The translations under genes and the position numbers were made by a program. Below are positions 8,626 through 17,151 of a DNA stretch of 34,272 bases, piece by piece. Each line of letters begins with the position of its first letter. Within the stretch, counting starts at the first letter, position 1. The stretch comes from an uncultured Propionibacteriaceae bacterium. GTDB taxonomy: Bacteria; Actinomycetota; Actinomycetes; Propionibacteriales; Propionibacteriaceae. Location: positions 1 to 34,272 of the forward strand of contig CAYWIN010000001.1 in assembly GCA_964458365.1 (NCBI GenBank). The letters run 5' to 3'. Under the pieces are notes generated by a model. That model was given only the letters and a program-made list of their open reading frames with translations, was not told where the DNA came from and ran no database searches.

Positions 8626-10310
8626 TGCTTGCCCCCAATCTGGTGCAACTCCACCAGCTGCCGACGGGTGGCCTTCTTGGTGTCGAGCTTGTCGAGGCGT
8701 TTGAGCTTCTGGCCCTCGATCAGACACAAGCCCATCACGATCAGCAGCCTCACCCCGCCACGTTCAGCCAAGGTCGTCAATGCTTCGGTGATCCCCTCAG
8801 TGTCGTAGGCGTCCACCATGGCTACGTTGTCCTCAGGGATGCCGAACGCTCGGGCGAGCAATTCGTAATCGACGCTGAAGGTGTCCTGACGTCCCATTCG
8901 TTCGCCACTCATCGGATTGGGCTGCATGCCCGTCATCGCAGTGGTGCCGTTGTCGAGCACGACGTAGAGCCCGTCGCGCCCATTCCAGGCCGCATTCAGC
9001 AAGCCTGTGATACCCGAGTGAGCGAACGTGGAGTCACCAATCACAGCCGCGATCTTGCCGCGCTGGTCGGCGGGAACCACCACGTCCATCCCCTGGGCCA
9101 TAGTCAACGAAGCACCCATGTCGAGCAGCGTGTCCATCGCGTTGTACGGCGGAAGGACTCCCAAGGAATAGCAGCCAATATCGCCCGACACCAGCATTCC
9201 CAGACGCCGCAGCTCCCGGAAGACGTGGTCGTGCGGACACCCCGGGCACAACCCGGGACGCCGAGGCGCAACCTCCACCTCGACAGGATTGACCGCAGCA
9301 GCCGACGGACGCCCCAACCCGGCGGCGACAATGGCCGGAGTGAACTCGCCGATTGCCGGAAAAGCATCTTTGCCGATGCACGCAATACCCCAGGCTTTGA
9401 GCTGAGTTTCGATCACCGGGTCGAGTTCTTCAACCACATACAAGGTGTCCACCTTGTCGGCGAACTCGGCCAAAAACTCCCGCGACAGCGGATGAACCAG
9501 GCCGAGTTTGAGCACCGCAGCGTCGGGAGCAACCTCTTTGACGTAGGTGTACGGGATACCCGAGGTCACGATGCCGATCGGTACTCGATCGCCAGCCTCG
9601 GGAGCGACCCCATCAGGCCACTCAATCCGATTGATCGAAAGTGATCCGGCCGCATCAGTCAGCGCATTCATGCGCTGTTCCACAGCAATCCGGCGACTGC
9701 GCGCATGCCCCGGAATCATCACGTATTTGCCTGGGTTGGAAACAAAACCCGGCGCGATCGGCGCTTCGTGGCGCACGGGGCCACCCTCGGGGATCGAATC
9801 GATCAGACTCTTCGAGTGCGACAAGCGGGTGGTCATTCGCAAAAAGACCGGGGCGTCGTAAGTTTCGGAAAGCCCGAAAGCCAGAGCTGTGAACTCGCGA
9901 GCCTCCTGAGAATCAGACGGCTCAAGCATCGGCAACTTGGCCGCGATCGCATAGTTGCGGTTGTCCTGCTCATTTTGTGAGGAGTGCATGGATGGGTCGT
10001 CGGCGGTCACCACCACAAGGCCGCCACGCACACCCAGGTAGCTGGCGGTGAACAGCGGGTCGGCAGCCACATTCACCCCGACATGTTTCATCGTCACCAG
10101 GGCACGTCCGCCGGCCAGGGATGCCCCCACACCCACTTCAAGCGCAACCTTCTCGTTCACCGACCACTCGGTGTACACCTCAGGTTGAGTCGCCAGGGCT
10201 TCCAAGATTTCGGTAGACGGGGTTCCCGGGTAACCGCAACCTACGGCAACTCCGGCCTCCCACGCCCCCAGGGCAACAGCCTCATTGCCCGACAGCATTC
10301 GCGTACGCAA
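8622..10310 (-). CDS. iorA: Indolepyruvate:ferredoxin oxidoreductase alpha subunit (no C-terminal ferredoxin domain)
   Basis: GNEAVA, YPGTPSTEI, NEKVALE, MKHVGVNVAADP, SSQNEQDNR, CPGCPH, GDIGCY, and TPP motif GDSTF..DNGTTAMTG. Probable TTG start at 10310 after GAGGAAGGA (the ORF track extends to 10379). Confidence 0.92.
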   Translation of the reverse strand: MRTRMLSGNEAVALGAWEAGVAVGCGYPGTPSTEILEALATQPEVYTEWSVNEKVALEVGVGASLAGGRALVTMKHVGVNVAADPLFTASYLGVRGGLVVVTADDPSMHSSQNEQDNRNYAIAAKLPMLEPSDSQEAREFTALAFGLSETYDAPVFLRMTTRLSHSKSLIDSIPEGGPVRHEAPIAPGFVSNPGKYVMIPGHARSRRIAVEQRMNALTDAAGSLSINRIEWPDGVAPEAGDRVPIGIVTSGIPYTYVKEVAPDAAVLKLGLVHPLSREFLAEFADKVDTLYVVEELDPVIETQLKAWGIACIGKDAFPAIGEFTPAIVAAGLGRPSAAAVNPVEVEVAPRRPGLCPGCPHDHVFRELRRLGMLVSGDIGCYSLGVLPPYNAMDTLLDMGASLTMAQGMDVVVPADQRGKIAAVIGDSTFAHSGITGLLNAAWNGRDGLYVVLDNGTTAMTGMQPNPMSGERMGRQDTFSVDYELLARAFGIPEDNVAMVDAYDTEGITEALTTLAERGGVRLLIVMGLCLIEGQKLKRLDKLDTKKATRRQLVELHQIGGKQ

Positions 10311-10371
10311 CTGCGGCGTCCTTCCTCTACGTCTGGGGTAGTTTAAGCGCAGCCCGACGTGAGGGTCCTCC

Positions 10372-10938
10372 TCAGACAATCCGGCTGCGGTCGTTCGCCA
10401 GATCTTGCCCCGGCGGGCCGGGCAGAATCTTCGACATCACCAGTTCGTCGACGGGCTTGCCGTCCACCATCAAAGATTGTCGACGAGTACCTTCGGCGGC
10501 GTATCCCCGGCGGGCATAGAGCGCGATCGCGGGGAGATTGTGCGCCATTACCGTGAGCTCGAGCCGGGTAACACCGACTCGCTTGGCCCATTGGTCGATC
10601 AGCCCGAGCATCTGGGTGCCCAAACCTTGGCCACGCACCTCCGGCAATAACCCCATCACCAAAGTGGCGCTGTGCCGATTTCGCCGATATGTGCCGCGCT
10701 CCGCATGCGCAAAACCGACAACATCATCATTTCTGACCGCCAGAAGGTAATAGTCATCTCTCAGATGCAAATCCGCCAGCCATCCAGCAAACCTGGCCAC
10801 GTCCAGGGTACGTTCGCCAGGCTCCAACATCATGAAGCGCGTTTCGTGGTCGAGAAGGTGCAGCATCTTAAGAACCGATGCCGCATCACCCAGCTCGGCC
10901 TCTCGGATCCGCACTCGGTCCGCCCGCCCAAAAATCAT
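10372..10938 (-). CDS. GNAT family N-acetyltransferase
   Basis: Acetyl-CoA motif RGQGLGTQM, plus RLELTVMAHNLPAIALY..GY..EG and VDG..VDE..M. AGGAGG RBS before ATG 10938. Confidence 0.9.
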   Translation of the reverse strand: MIFGRADRVRIREAELGDAASVLKMLHLLDHETRFMMLEPGERTLDVARFAGWLADLHLRDDYYLLAVRNDDVVGFAHAERGTYRRNRHSATLVMGLLPEVRGQGLGTQMLGLIDQWAKRVGVTRLELTVMAHNLPAIALYARRGYAAEGTRRQSLMVDGKPVDELVMSKILPGPPGQDLANDRSRIV

Positions 10939-11211
10939 CGCCCCTCCTGTCAAGCCTGAATACTGGCCCGTGATGCCCCTCGCGTCCAATGGGAGTTCAG
11001 TCGACACAACCAACCAGGTGAGGAAAGTCCCCTCCAGGGTGACCGAACCGAACTATTCGATTTCATATCCAGTCCCCTTTTGGGTGACTGAAAACCGAAC
11101 ATTTCTCATATTGGACTAAACCCTTTGACGTCACCTGAAACATCGGTAATCATTTGGCATGTGTTTCACCGGCTGCCCCCCGCAGACGGATACTGACCCA
11201 GGAGTACCACG

Positions 11212-11397
11212 ATGCCCAGCCTCCCAACTTGGCTTCACAGAACGATCCGTTGCCTCCCCCTGCGCGGCGAGCGTGGCGCGTCCGCGATCGACTATGGAAT
11301 CATGATCGCCGTGGTCGCAGTCGTCATCATCTCGGCTGTGAGCTTGACTGGGGGAAATCTGAGTTCTCTACTTGCTCAGATTTCGCTTTTGTTCTGA
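11212..11397 (+). CDS. Flp family type IVb pilin (Asp instead of Glu at +5)
   Basis: 61 aa. Prepilin motif ERG|ASAIDYGIMIAVVAVVII followed by a hydrophobic helix and a G..LS.L tail. AGGAG RBS. Confidence 0.8.
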   Translation: MPSLPTWLHRTIRCLPLRGERGASAIDYGIMIAVVAVVIISAVSLTGGNLSSLLAQISLLF

Positions 11398-11448
11398 TCC
11401 AATTCCCGTTCGTCGTTTTCGGAAAAACAGAATCGAGTACGAACAAAC

Positions 11449-13140
11449 ATGAAGTACTTGCCAGCATTTGTCGCTAGCACCCTGGTTTTCACAATGCTGG
11501 CAGCACCCCCGGCGCAAGCCGCCCCAAGAGATGATCCGGCTTCGGACACCGTGATCGTCACCTTTGATCATGAGGTCAGCAATCCGGCAGATGCGGCGAA
11601 GACTGCCGTTGGTACTGCGGCCGACCAGGTCGCTGACGCAACGATCAGCAAGGTCCAAGCGCTTTCCGACCGCAGCGCGTCGGTCACCTTGAGCACTCAC
11701 CTCACCGCAACACAAAAGACGGCTATCAACGCCAAAGTGGAGCAACGTCCCAACGTCGCCGCCGCTGAATCAGCTCAGACGATGCACGCATTCGCGAACA
11801 ACGAACCGTACCTGTGGGGCATCGTTTCCGGGATTCGGGGCCGGACGGGCAGCTTCGGAACAGCAGCCAATCTGGCCTGGCCACGCAGCACCGGAGCCGG
11901 CGTCGTTGTCGGTGTGATCGACACCGGTATCACCGCCCACCCAGACCTCACCGGATCCGCCACCGATATCGTCGGCGGAAATGTCGTGGCCGGATACGAC
12001 TTCATCAGCAACACCAGCTCAGCCGCGGACGGCGACGGACGCGACGCCAATCCCAGCGATCCTGGCGACCTCGCTAACAAAGAGGACGGCTCCTCAACCT
12101 GGCACGGCACCCACGTTGCTGGCACCGTTGCCGCTCTCCGAAACTCAACCGGAGTGGTGGGAGTCGCGCCGGGCGCCAAAGTGCAGCCGTTGCGCGTGTT
12201 GGGGCGAGGCGGCGGCTCCGAAGCTGACGTCATCGCCGCGGTCACCTGGGGCTCGGGCAACAGTGTGCCTGGCCTGCCAGACAACCCCACACCCGCCAAG
12301 GTACTGAATCTGAGCCTGGGTGGACCAAGCGCGACCGGCTGCTCGACGGGCATGCAAACCGCCATCAATGCGGCTGTCAGCAAGGGCGTTGTGGTGGTCG
12401 TTGCCGCAGGCAACGACAAAGGCCGCGCCATCAACTACGTCAGCCCCGCAAACTGCAAGAACGTCGTCCGAGTGACGGCTTCGACGGCCGACGGGACTCG
12501 CGCTCCCTACAGCAACGTCGGTACCGCGACGGCCCCGGCGACCATCGCAGCTCCCGGCGGATCGGGAACCAGCCAATGGTGCCCCGCCTCGGGCGCCTCA
12601 GTGCAATGTGGGGCGATCTACTCCACGGTCAACACCGGCACCACCAGCCTCGGCACGCCGGACTACGGATTCATGGTGGGCACCTCGATGGCTGCACCGC
12701 ATGTGGCCGGGGTTGCTGCTCTGATCGCATCTCGGCACCCGGGATGGTCACCAGCCACCATCACCACCGCGATGCAGGTCTCCGCCACCGCAATCTCTCC
12801 GTCGGCTTGCAGCAAGCTCGCTTGCGGAAGTGGAATCGTCCACGCGGCCCGAGCGGTTGCCATCGACGGGTTCTTCACTCTGCGCAAAGCACCGACGACT
12901 TCGGGGACTTTCCGAACCGGCAAAAAGGTGAAGGCCAGTTACGGAGTATGGACGCCCTCGCCGACGTCGATCAGCTACCAGTGGCTTCGCAATGGCAAGG
13001 CGATCAGCAAAGCCACTAAGTCCAGCTACAAACTGACCAAGAAAGACAAGCGAAAGAAGATCTCGGTCAAGATCACCGTCCGCCGGTATGGCTATGTCTC
13101 TCGCGCGGCGATCAGCACGGCAAAGAAGGTGACTCGATAG
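11449..13140 (+). CDS. Secreted S8 (subtilase) serine protease with a basic C-terminal Ig-like module
   Basis: Signal peptide (..PAQA) and propeptide. Triad D158 (VIDTG), H219 (HGTHVAG), S413 (GTSMAAP), and oxyanion AAGND. C-terminus contains YQWLRNGKAI. Confidence 0.93.
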   Translation: MKYLPAFVASTLVFTMLAAPPAQAAPRDDPASDTVIVTFDHEVSNPADAAKTAVGTAADQVADATISKVQALSDRSASVTLSTHLTATQKTAINAKVEQRPNVAAAESAQTMHAFANNEPYLWGIVSGIRGRTGSFGTAANLAWPRSTGAGVVVGVIDTGITAHPDLTGSATDIVGGNVVAGYDFISNTSSAADGDGRDANPSDPGDLANKEDGSSTWHGTHVAGTVAALRNSTGVVGVAPGAKVQPLRVLGRGGGSEADVIAAVTWGSGNSVPGLPDNPTPAKVLNLSLGGPSATGCSTGMQTAINAAVSKGVVVVVAAGNDKGRAINYVSPANCKNVVRVTASTADGTRAPYSNVGTATAPATIAAPGGSGTSQWCPASGASVQCGAIYSTVNTGTTSLGTPDYGFMVGTSMAAPHVAGVAALIASRHPGWSPATITTAMQVSATAISPSACSKLACGSGIVHAARAVAIDGFFTLRKAPTTSGTFRTGKKVKASYGVWTPSPTSISYQWLRNGKAISKATKSSYKLTKKDKRKKISVKITVRRYGYVSRAAISTAKKVTR

Positions 13141-13208
13141 TCACCGGCACTATCTGCGCTACCCAGGATGTCAATCTCGTCTCTGCATGAGACACTGGAG
13201 GTCTGCGG

Positions 13209-16200
13209 ATGGTGCGCAGATTGGGGAACACCGTGAGGCGAAAACTCCTGGCTGCAGGAGTCACGCTGGGAGCGATTACGCTCTCAGTGGGTTTGATCGT
13301 GTCTTTGGGCTCGAATCCCTTCGCATCGTCTCCGCCGTTGCCGGCACTGGATGTGCTCGCTAGCGCGCCGTCGAGTAGTTCACAGCAGCGCACCACCGAC
13401 ACTGATCGCATTTTGGTGTCCTTCACTCGTGCCAGTTCCGGGCTGAGTGGTCGGGCGCAAGCAGTGGTGCGGCGCGCTGCTGCCTCGATTGCGAAGATTT
13501 CTGTGCTCAGTGCTGAGCCGGTGGACGCCAACACCATCAGTGTGCGACTGTCCCGCACGATTACCCGCGCCCAGGCCCAGCGGATCGCCACCGCCACCGA
13601 AAAATCAAACGGCGTCGACTACGCCGAGCCGGCCGTGAACTTCTACCCCGACGACGCCGAGGTGGCACCTATCGGCTCGGGCTACGGGTGGAACCTCGAC
13701 GTCATCAGAGCCAACCAAGCCTGGGCCTCTTCCAATGGTGAGCCCGACGGCGCTGGCATTGTGGTCGGCGTGATCGACACCGGAATGGGTGCTAACAGTT
13801 CGCTACCCAAGGCTGTCGTGGTCAAGCCCACCAATGGCAACGTGATTTCCGGTACCACATGGCCGGGATTGACGGTCACTTTGCAGACCAGCGATCCGAG
13901 CTACACCACCACGGTCGTCGCCGACGGTGCGGGCAACTGGACGTACAAAATTCCCGACGGGCTCGTACTCCCCGACCGGACACCGGTCACGGTTTCTGTT
14001 TCGGACACCTCAACCGGGGCGCAGGCGTCCTTGGCGCCGATCACCACAGCCACTGTGACGATCGACAAGGCCATCAGTTTGCAGGTGCCTTCAGCGATCA
14101 ACACCGACACGGTCGCTGGCAAAACTGATGCCGGCGCCTCCGTGTCTGTGACCAACGGTTCGTCGCAAACGGTCTGCCACACCACAGCTGATTCACATGG
14201 AGCCTTCTCCTGCCCAGTTTCTCCTGCCGTCTCCGGCGGCACGGAAGCCGATTTCACCGTCACCGCCACCGACCCGGCAGGCAACACGGCAACCACTGGT
14301 GTTCGCATCGACAAGAAGGCCCCTGCCGCTCCGAGTGTCGACCTGAGCAACGGACGCACTGTCGTCGTCACCGGAATCGAATCCGGCGCAGGTTCAAAGG
14401 TCATCGATACGGGCAACAACGATGCAGTAGTAGCCGGGTCTTGGACGGGCTCGGCCACCGACGGCACGCGCACCTTCACCCCAACCGACCGTCTCATCGA
14501 ATCCACTAACCGCTACCAGGTCGAGATCACCGACGCGGCAGGCAACTCGACGAAGAAGGACTTCACCGTCGACACCACTGCGCCAGCACTGACGGTGGTT
14601 AGCCCAAGTACCGGAGACCTCTTGACCGGCACCGGTGAAGCGGGAGCGAAGGTCACGGCACAGTGGTCCACCACCGTGTCCACGCACGCCACTATCGACT
14701 CAGACGGCAACTGGACATTGCCCAAGCCTGACTCGGTCACACTCACCACCGATCAGCCGGTGTCGGTGATCGCTGCCGACAGCGCGGGCAATGAGACCCC
14801 AGCCACGGTGATCATCGACCGGACTCCCCCGCCGGCACCAGTTATTCATGCCACCGATGGCCTGTCGCTCAACGGCACAGCAGAAGCACGTGCCACGATC
14901 GAGATTCGCTACCTAGATTCGGATTCTCAGGCGCAAACCGCCAAGACGTCCGCAAACGGCGACGGCATCTGGTTCACCACGCTCAACCCTCGAGCGGGAG
15001 ATCGAACCAAGCTTTCTGTCACCGCTACCGACGAGGTGGGCAACACCTCCGAAGCCACCACAGCGAGTGCCCATTACGGACCGCCCAGTGCACCAGCGGT
15101 TGCGCCCAGCGACGGGAAGACGGTGACCGTCTTAGGCATCCAGTCCGGAGACAAAGCGGCTCTTACGACCAACCATGGTGACCCGATTGATGCGGCCTGT
15201 GCCGAGGGCGCCGCGGGAGGTTGGACGTGTACCCCAACCCAGGCGTTGACCGAAGCGTCCGATGTTTACGCAGTAGCGATTGATGACGCCGGCAACACCT
15301 CACCGCGCACCGCCGTCAGGGTTGACACCACCGCACCGCAACTCACCGTCACATCAGCGACGGCGACGAGTATCACCGTCGAAGCCAACGAGGCGCTCGC
15401 AGGCCTGACCGTGACCTTCCGCACCCAAGCCGACGTTGAGCAACAAGCTCAAGCCAGGTACAGCAACGGAGCATGGACGGCAATCCTTGAACCGGCTGCC
15501 CAAGCCGGGAGCGATCTCACTGTGACGGCAACAGACCTGGCGGGAAATTCGGCCACGACGAAAGCCGCTACCCCCACCGATTCAGCCCCCACACCGACGC
15601 CCGCAACGCCGCAGTCCGTCGCCACATCGATCATTGAACCCCAGACCGCGACCACCCCAACTAGCACTGCGACCTCGGGAGATGTCAACCAACGCGCCGA
15701 GCTGGGGGGCAATACCGTGGAGGGCACCGTGCTGCCGGGCTACGACTTCCTCGACAGTGATTCTGACGCCACGGCCAATGGGCGCACAGGCATCATGGCC
15801 TGGCATGGCACGCACGTGGCCGGCATCATCGCTGCGAAACGGGATGTTTCGTATTCCCAAGGGGTGGCAGCTGGGGTCAAGATCGTACCGATCCGCGCAC
15901 TCGGAACGGGTACGTCTGGCCACACCGGCGACACCAGCGACATTGCGCGGGCCATCACCTGGGGCGCTGGCCTCGATGGTGGCACCGGCGCCACCACGAA
16001 TCCCTACCCCGCCGATGTCCTCAATCTTTCACTCGGCGCAGAGGTGGCGTCCTGCCCTAAAGACATGCAAGAAGCCATCACGGCAGCAACCAATAAGGGC
16101 GTCACCGTCGTGGTGTCGGCGGGGAACGACAACACCAACATTGCCAATACCGCCCCGGCTAACTGCCAAGGTGTGATCGTGGTGACCGCAACAGGCAAGG

Positions 16201-17138
16201 GCAATTCTCGAGCCACTTACAGCAACTGGGGATCAACCCAGACCAGGGCAGCACATCTCATTGCGGCCCCCGGCGGAAGTGGCAACACGGCGGAGTCGAT
16301 GATCGTTTCAACCGTTGACCGCTCGGCCACCGAATCGGGCTGGGCTGCGATGTCGGGCACGTCGCAGGCGGCCCCGCAGGTCTCAGCGACCGTGGCTTTG
16401 ATGATGGCCAAGGCGCGCAAGAACGATCTCAAATACACACTCAATACCTACGCCAACATCCTGGAGAACACCACCTACAAACTCCCCGACGAATGCCCCA
16501 CCGGGATTTGTGGCTACGGCTTACTCAATGCTGGAGCCGCCGTCGATGCGGTCGGCGAGGTCTCCCCCGACAGCGACCGAACGCAACCGCCGACGCAAGG
16601 CCTCACCTTTCCCACACTGCGAACGGTTCGCAGCTGGCCCAGCGTGCTGCGAACAGGTGCGGCAATCACGGCGCCCGTAGCATCCAGTTACGCCTACCGC
16701 ACGACATACACCTGGTACCGCAGCGGACAGGTCAGTCCGATCGCCTACGGGCTGACCTATGCGCCCACCGGCGCCGATTACGGCAAGACCCTTTCGGTAC
16801 GCACTACCGACCCGGCCACCGGTGCGACGAACCTGAGCAGAGCCCCCCGAACGGTGAGTGCTGGCTACCTCATCTCTCGGAAGCTGCCCACCATTTCTGG
16901 AACCGTAAAAGTCGGCAGACGACTCTCCGTCACCAAAGGCACCTGGTCAGCTGGCGTGAGCGCCTACAAATACCAGTGGTATCGAAACGGTAAAGCCATC
17001 CGTGGCGCCAGCAAGTACCGCTACACACTGACCCGCAGCGATCGCGGCAAGCGCATTCAGGCTCGGGTGTGGGTGAAGTCCACCGGCTATTACTCCACCA
17101 ATCGGTATTCAGCGAAGACCGTCGCCGTTCGCGGCTGA
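13209..17138 (+). CDS. Large secreted S8 serine protease with an Ig-like repeat array inside the catalytic domain and C-terminal Ig-like modules
   Basis: GGAGG RBS and N-terminal hydrophobic helix. D190 (VIDTG), H866 (HGTHVAG), SAGND, S1052 (GTSQAAP). Six 'xxD.(A/V)GN' Big-type motifs lie between D and H. C-terminus contains YQWYRNGKAI. Confidence 0.9.
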   Translation: MVRRLGNTVRRKLLAAGVTLGAITLSVGLIVSLGSNPFASSPPLPALDVLASAPSSSSQQRTTDTDRILVSFTRASSGLSGRAQAVVRRAAASIAKISVLSAEPVDANTISVRLSRTITRAQAQRIATATEKSNGVDYAEPAVNFYPDDAEVAPIGSGYGWNLDVIRANQAWASSNGEPDGAGIVVGVIDTGMGANSSLPKAVVVKPTNGNVISGTTWPGLTVTLQTSDPSYTTTVVADGAGNWTYKIPDGLVLPDRTPVTVSVSDTSTGAQASLAPITTATVTIDKAISLQVPSAINTDTVAGKTDAGASVSVTNGSSQTVCHTTADSHGAFSCPVSPAVSGGTEADFTVTATDPAGNTATTGVRIDKKAPAAPSVDLSNGRTVVVTGIESGAGSKVIDTGNNDAVVAGSWTGSATDGTRTFTPTDRLIESTNRYQVEITDAAGNSTKKDFTVDTTAPALTVVSPSTGDLLTGTGEAGAKVTAQWSTTVSTHATIDSDGNWTLPKPDSVTLTTDQPVSVIAADSAGNETPATVIIDRTPPPAPVIHATDGLSLNGTAEARATIEIRYLDSDSQAQTAKTSANGDGIWFTTLNPRAGDRTKLSVTATDEVGNTSEATTASAHYGPPSAPAVAPSDGKTVTVLGIQSGDKAALTTNHGDPIDAACAEGAAGGWTCTPTQALTEASDVYAVAIDDAGNTSPRTAVRVDTTAPQLTVTSATATSITVEANEALAGLTVTFRTQADVEQQAQARYSNGAWTAILEPAAQAGSDLTVTATDLAGNSATTKAATPTDSAPTPTPATPQSVATSIIEPQTATTPTSTATSGDVNQRAELGGNTVEGTVLPGYDFLDSDSDATANGRTGIMAWHGTHVAGIIAAKRDVSYSQGVAAGVKIVPIRALGTGTSGHTGDTSDIARAITWGAGLDGGTGATTNPYPADVLNLSLGAEVASCPKDMQEAITAATNKGVTVVVSAGNDNTNIANTAPANCQGVIVVTATGKGNSRATYSNWGSTQTRAAHLIAAPGGSGNTAESMIVSTVDRSATESGWAAMSGTSQAAPQVSATVALMMAKARKNDLKYTLNTYANILENTTYKLPDECPTGICGYGLLNAGAAVDAVGEVSPDSDRTQPPTQGLTFPTLRTVRSWPSVLRTGAAITAPVASSYAYRTTYTWYRSGQVSPIAYGLTYAPTGADYGKTLSVRTTDPATGATNLSRAPRTVSAGYLISRKLPTISGTVKVGRRLSVTKGTWSAGVSAYKYQWYRNGKAIRGASKYRYTLTRSDRGKRIQARVWVKSTGYYSTNRYSAKTVAVRG

Positions 17139-17151
17139 TGACGGACCGGCG

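Noticed and set aside
13809-15700. Intein or mobile element as the protease insertion
   Set aside because: There is no Cys/Ser start with His-Asn end, no endonuclease or transposase motifs and no terminal repeats. The insert reads as Ig-like repeats plus a linker.
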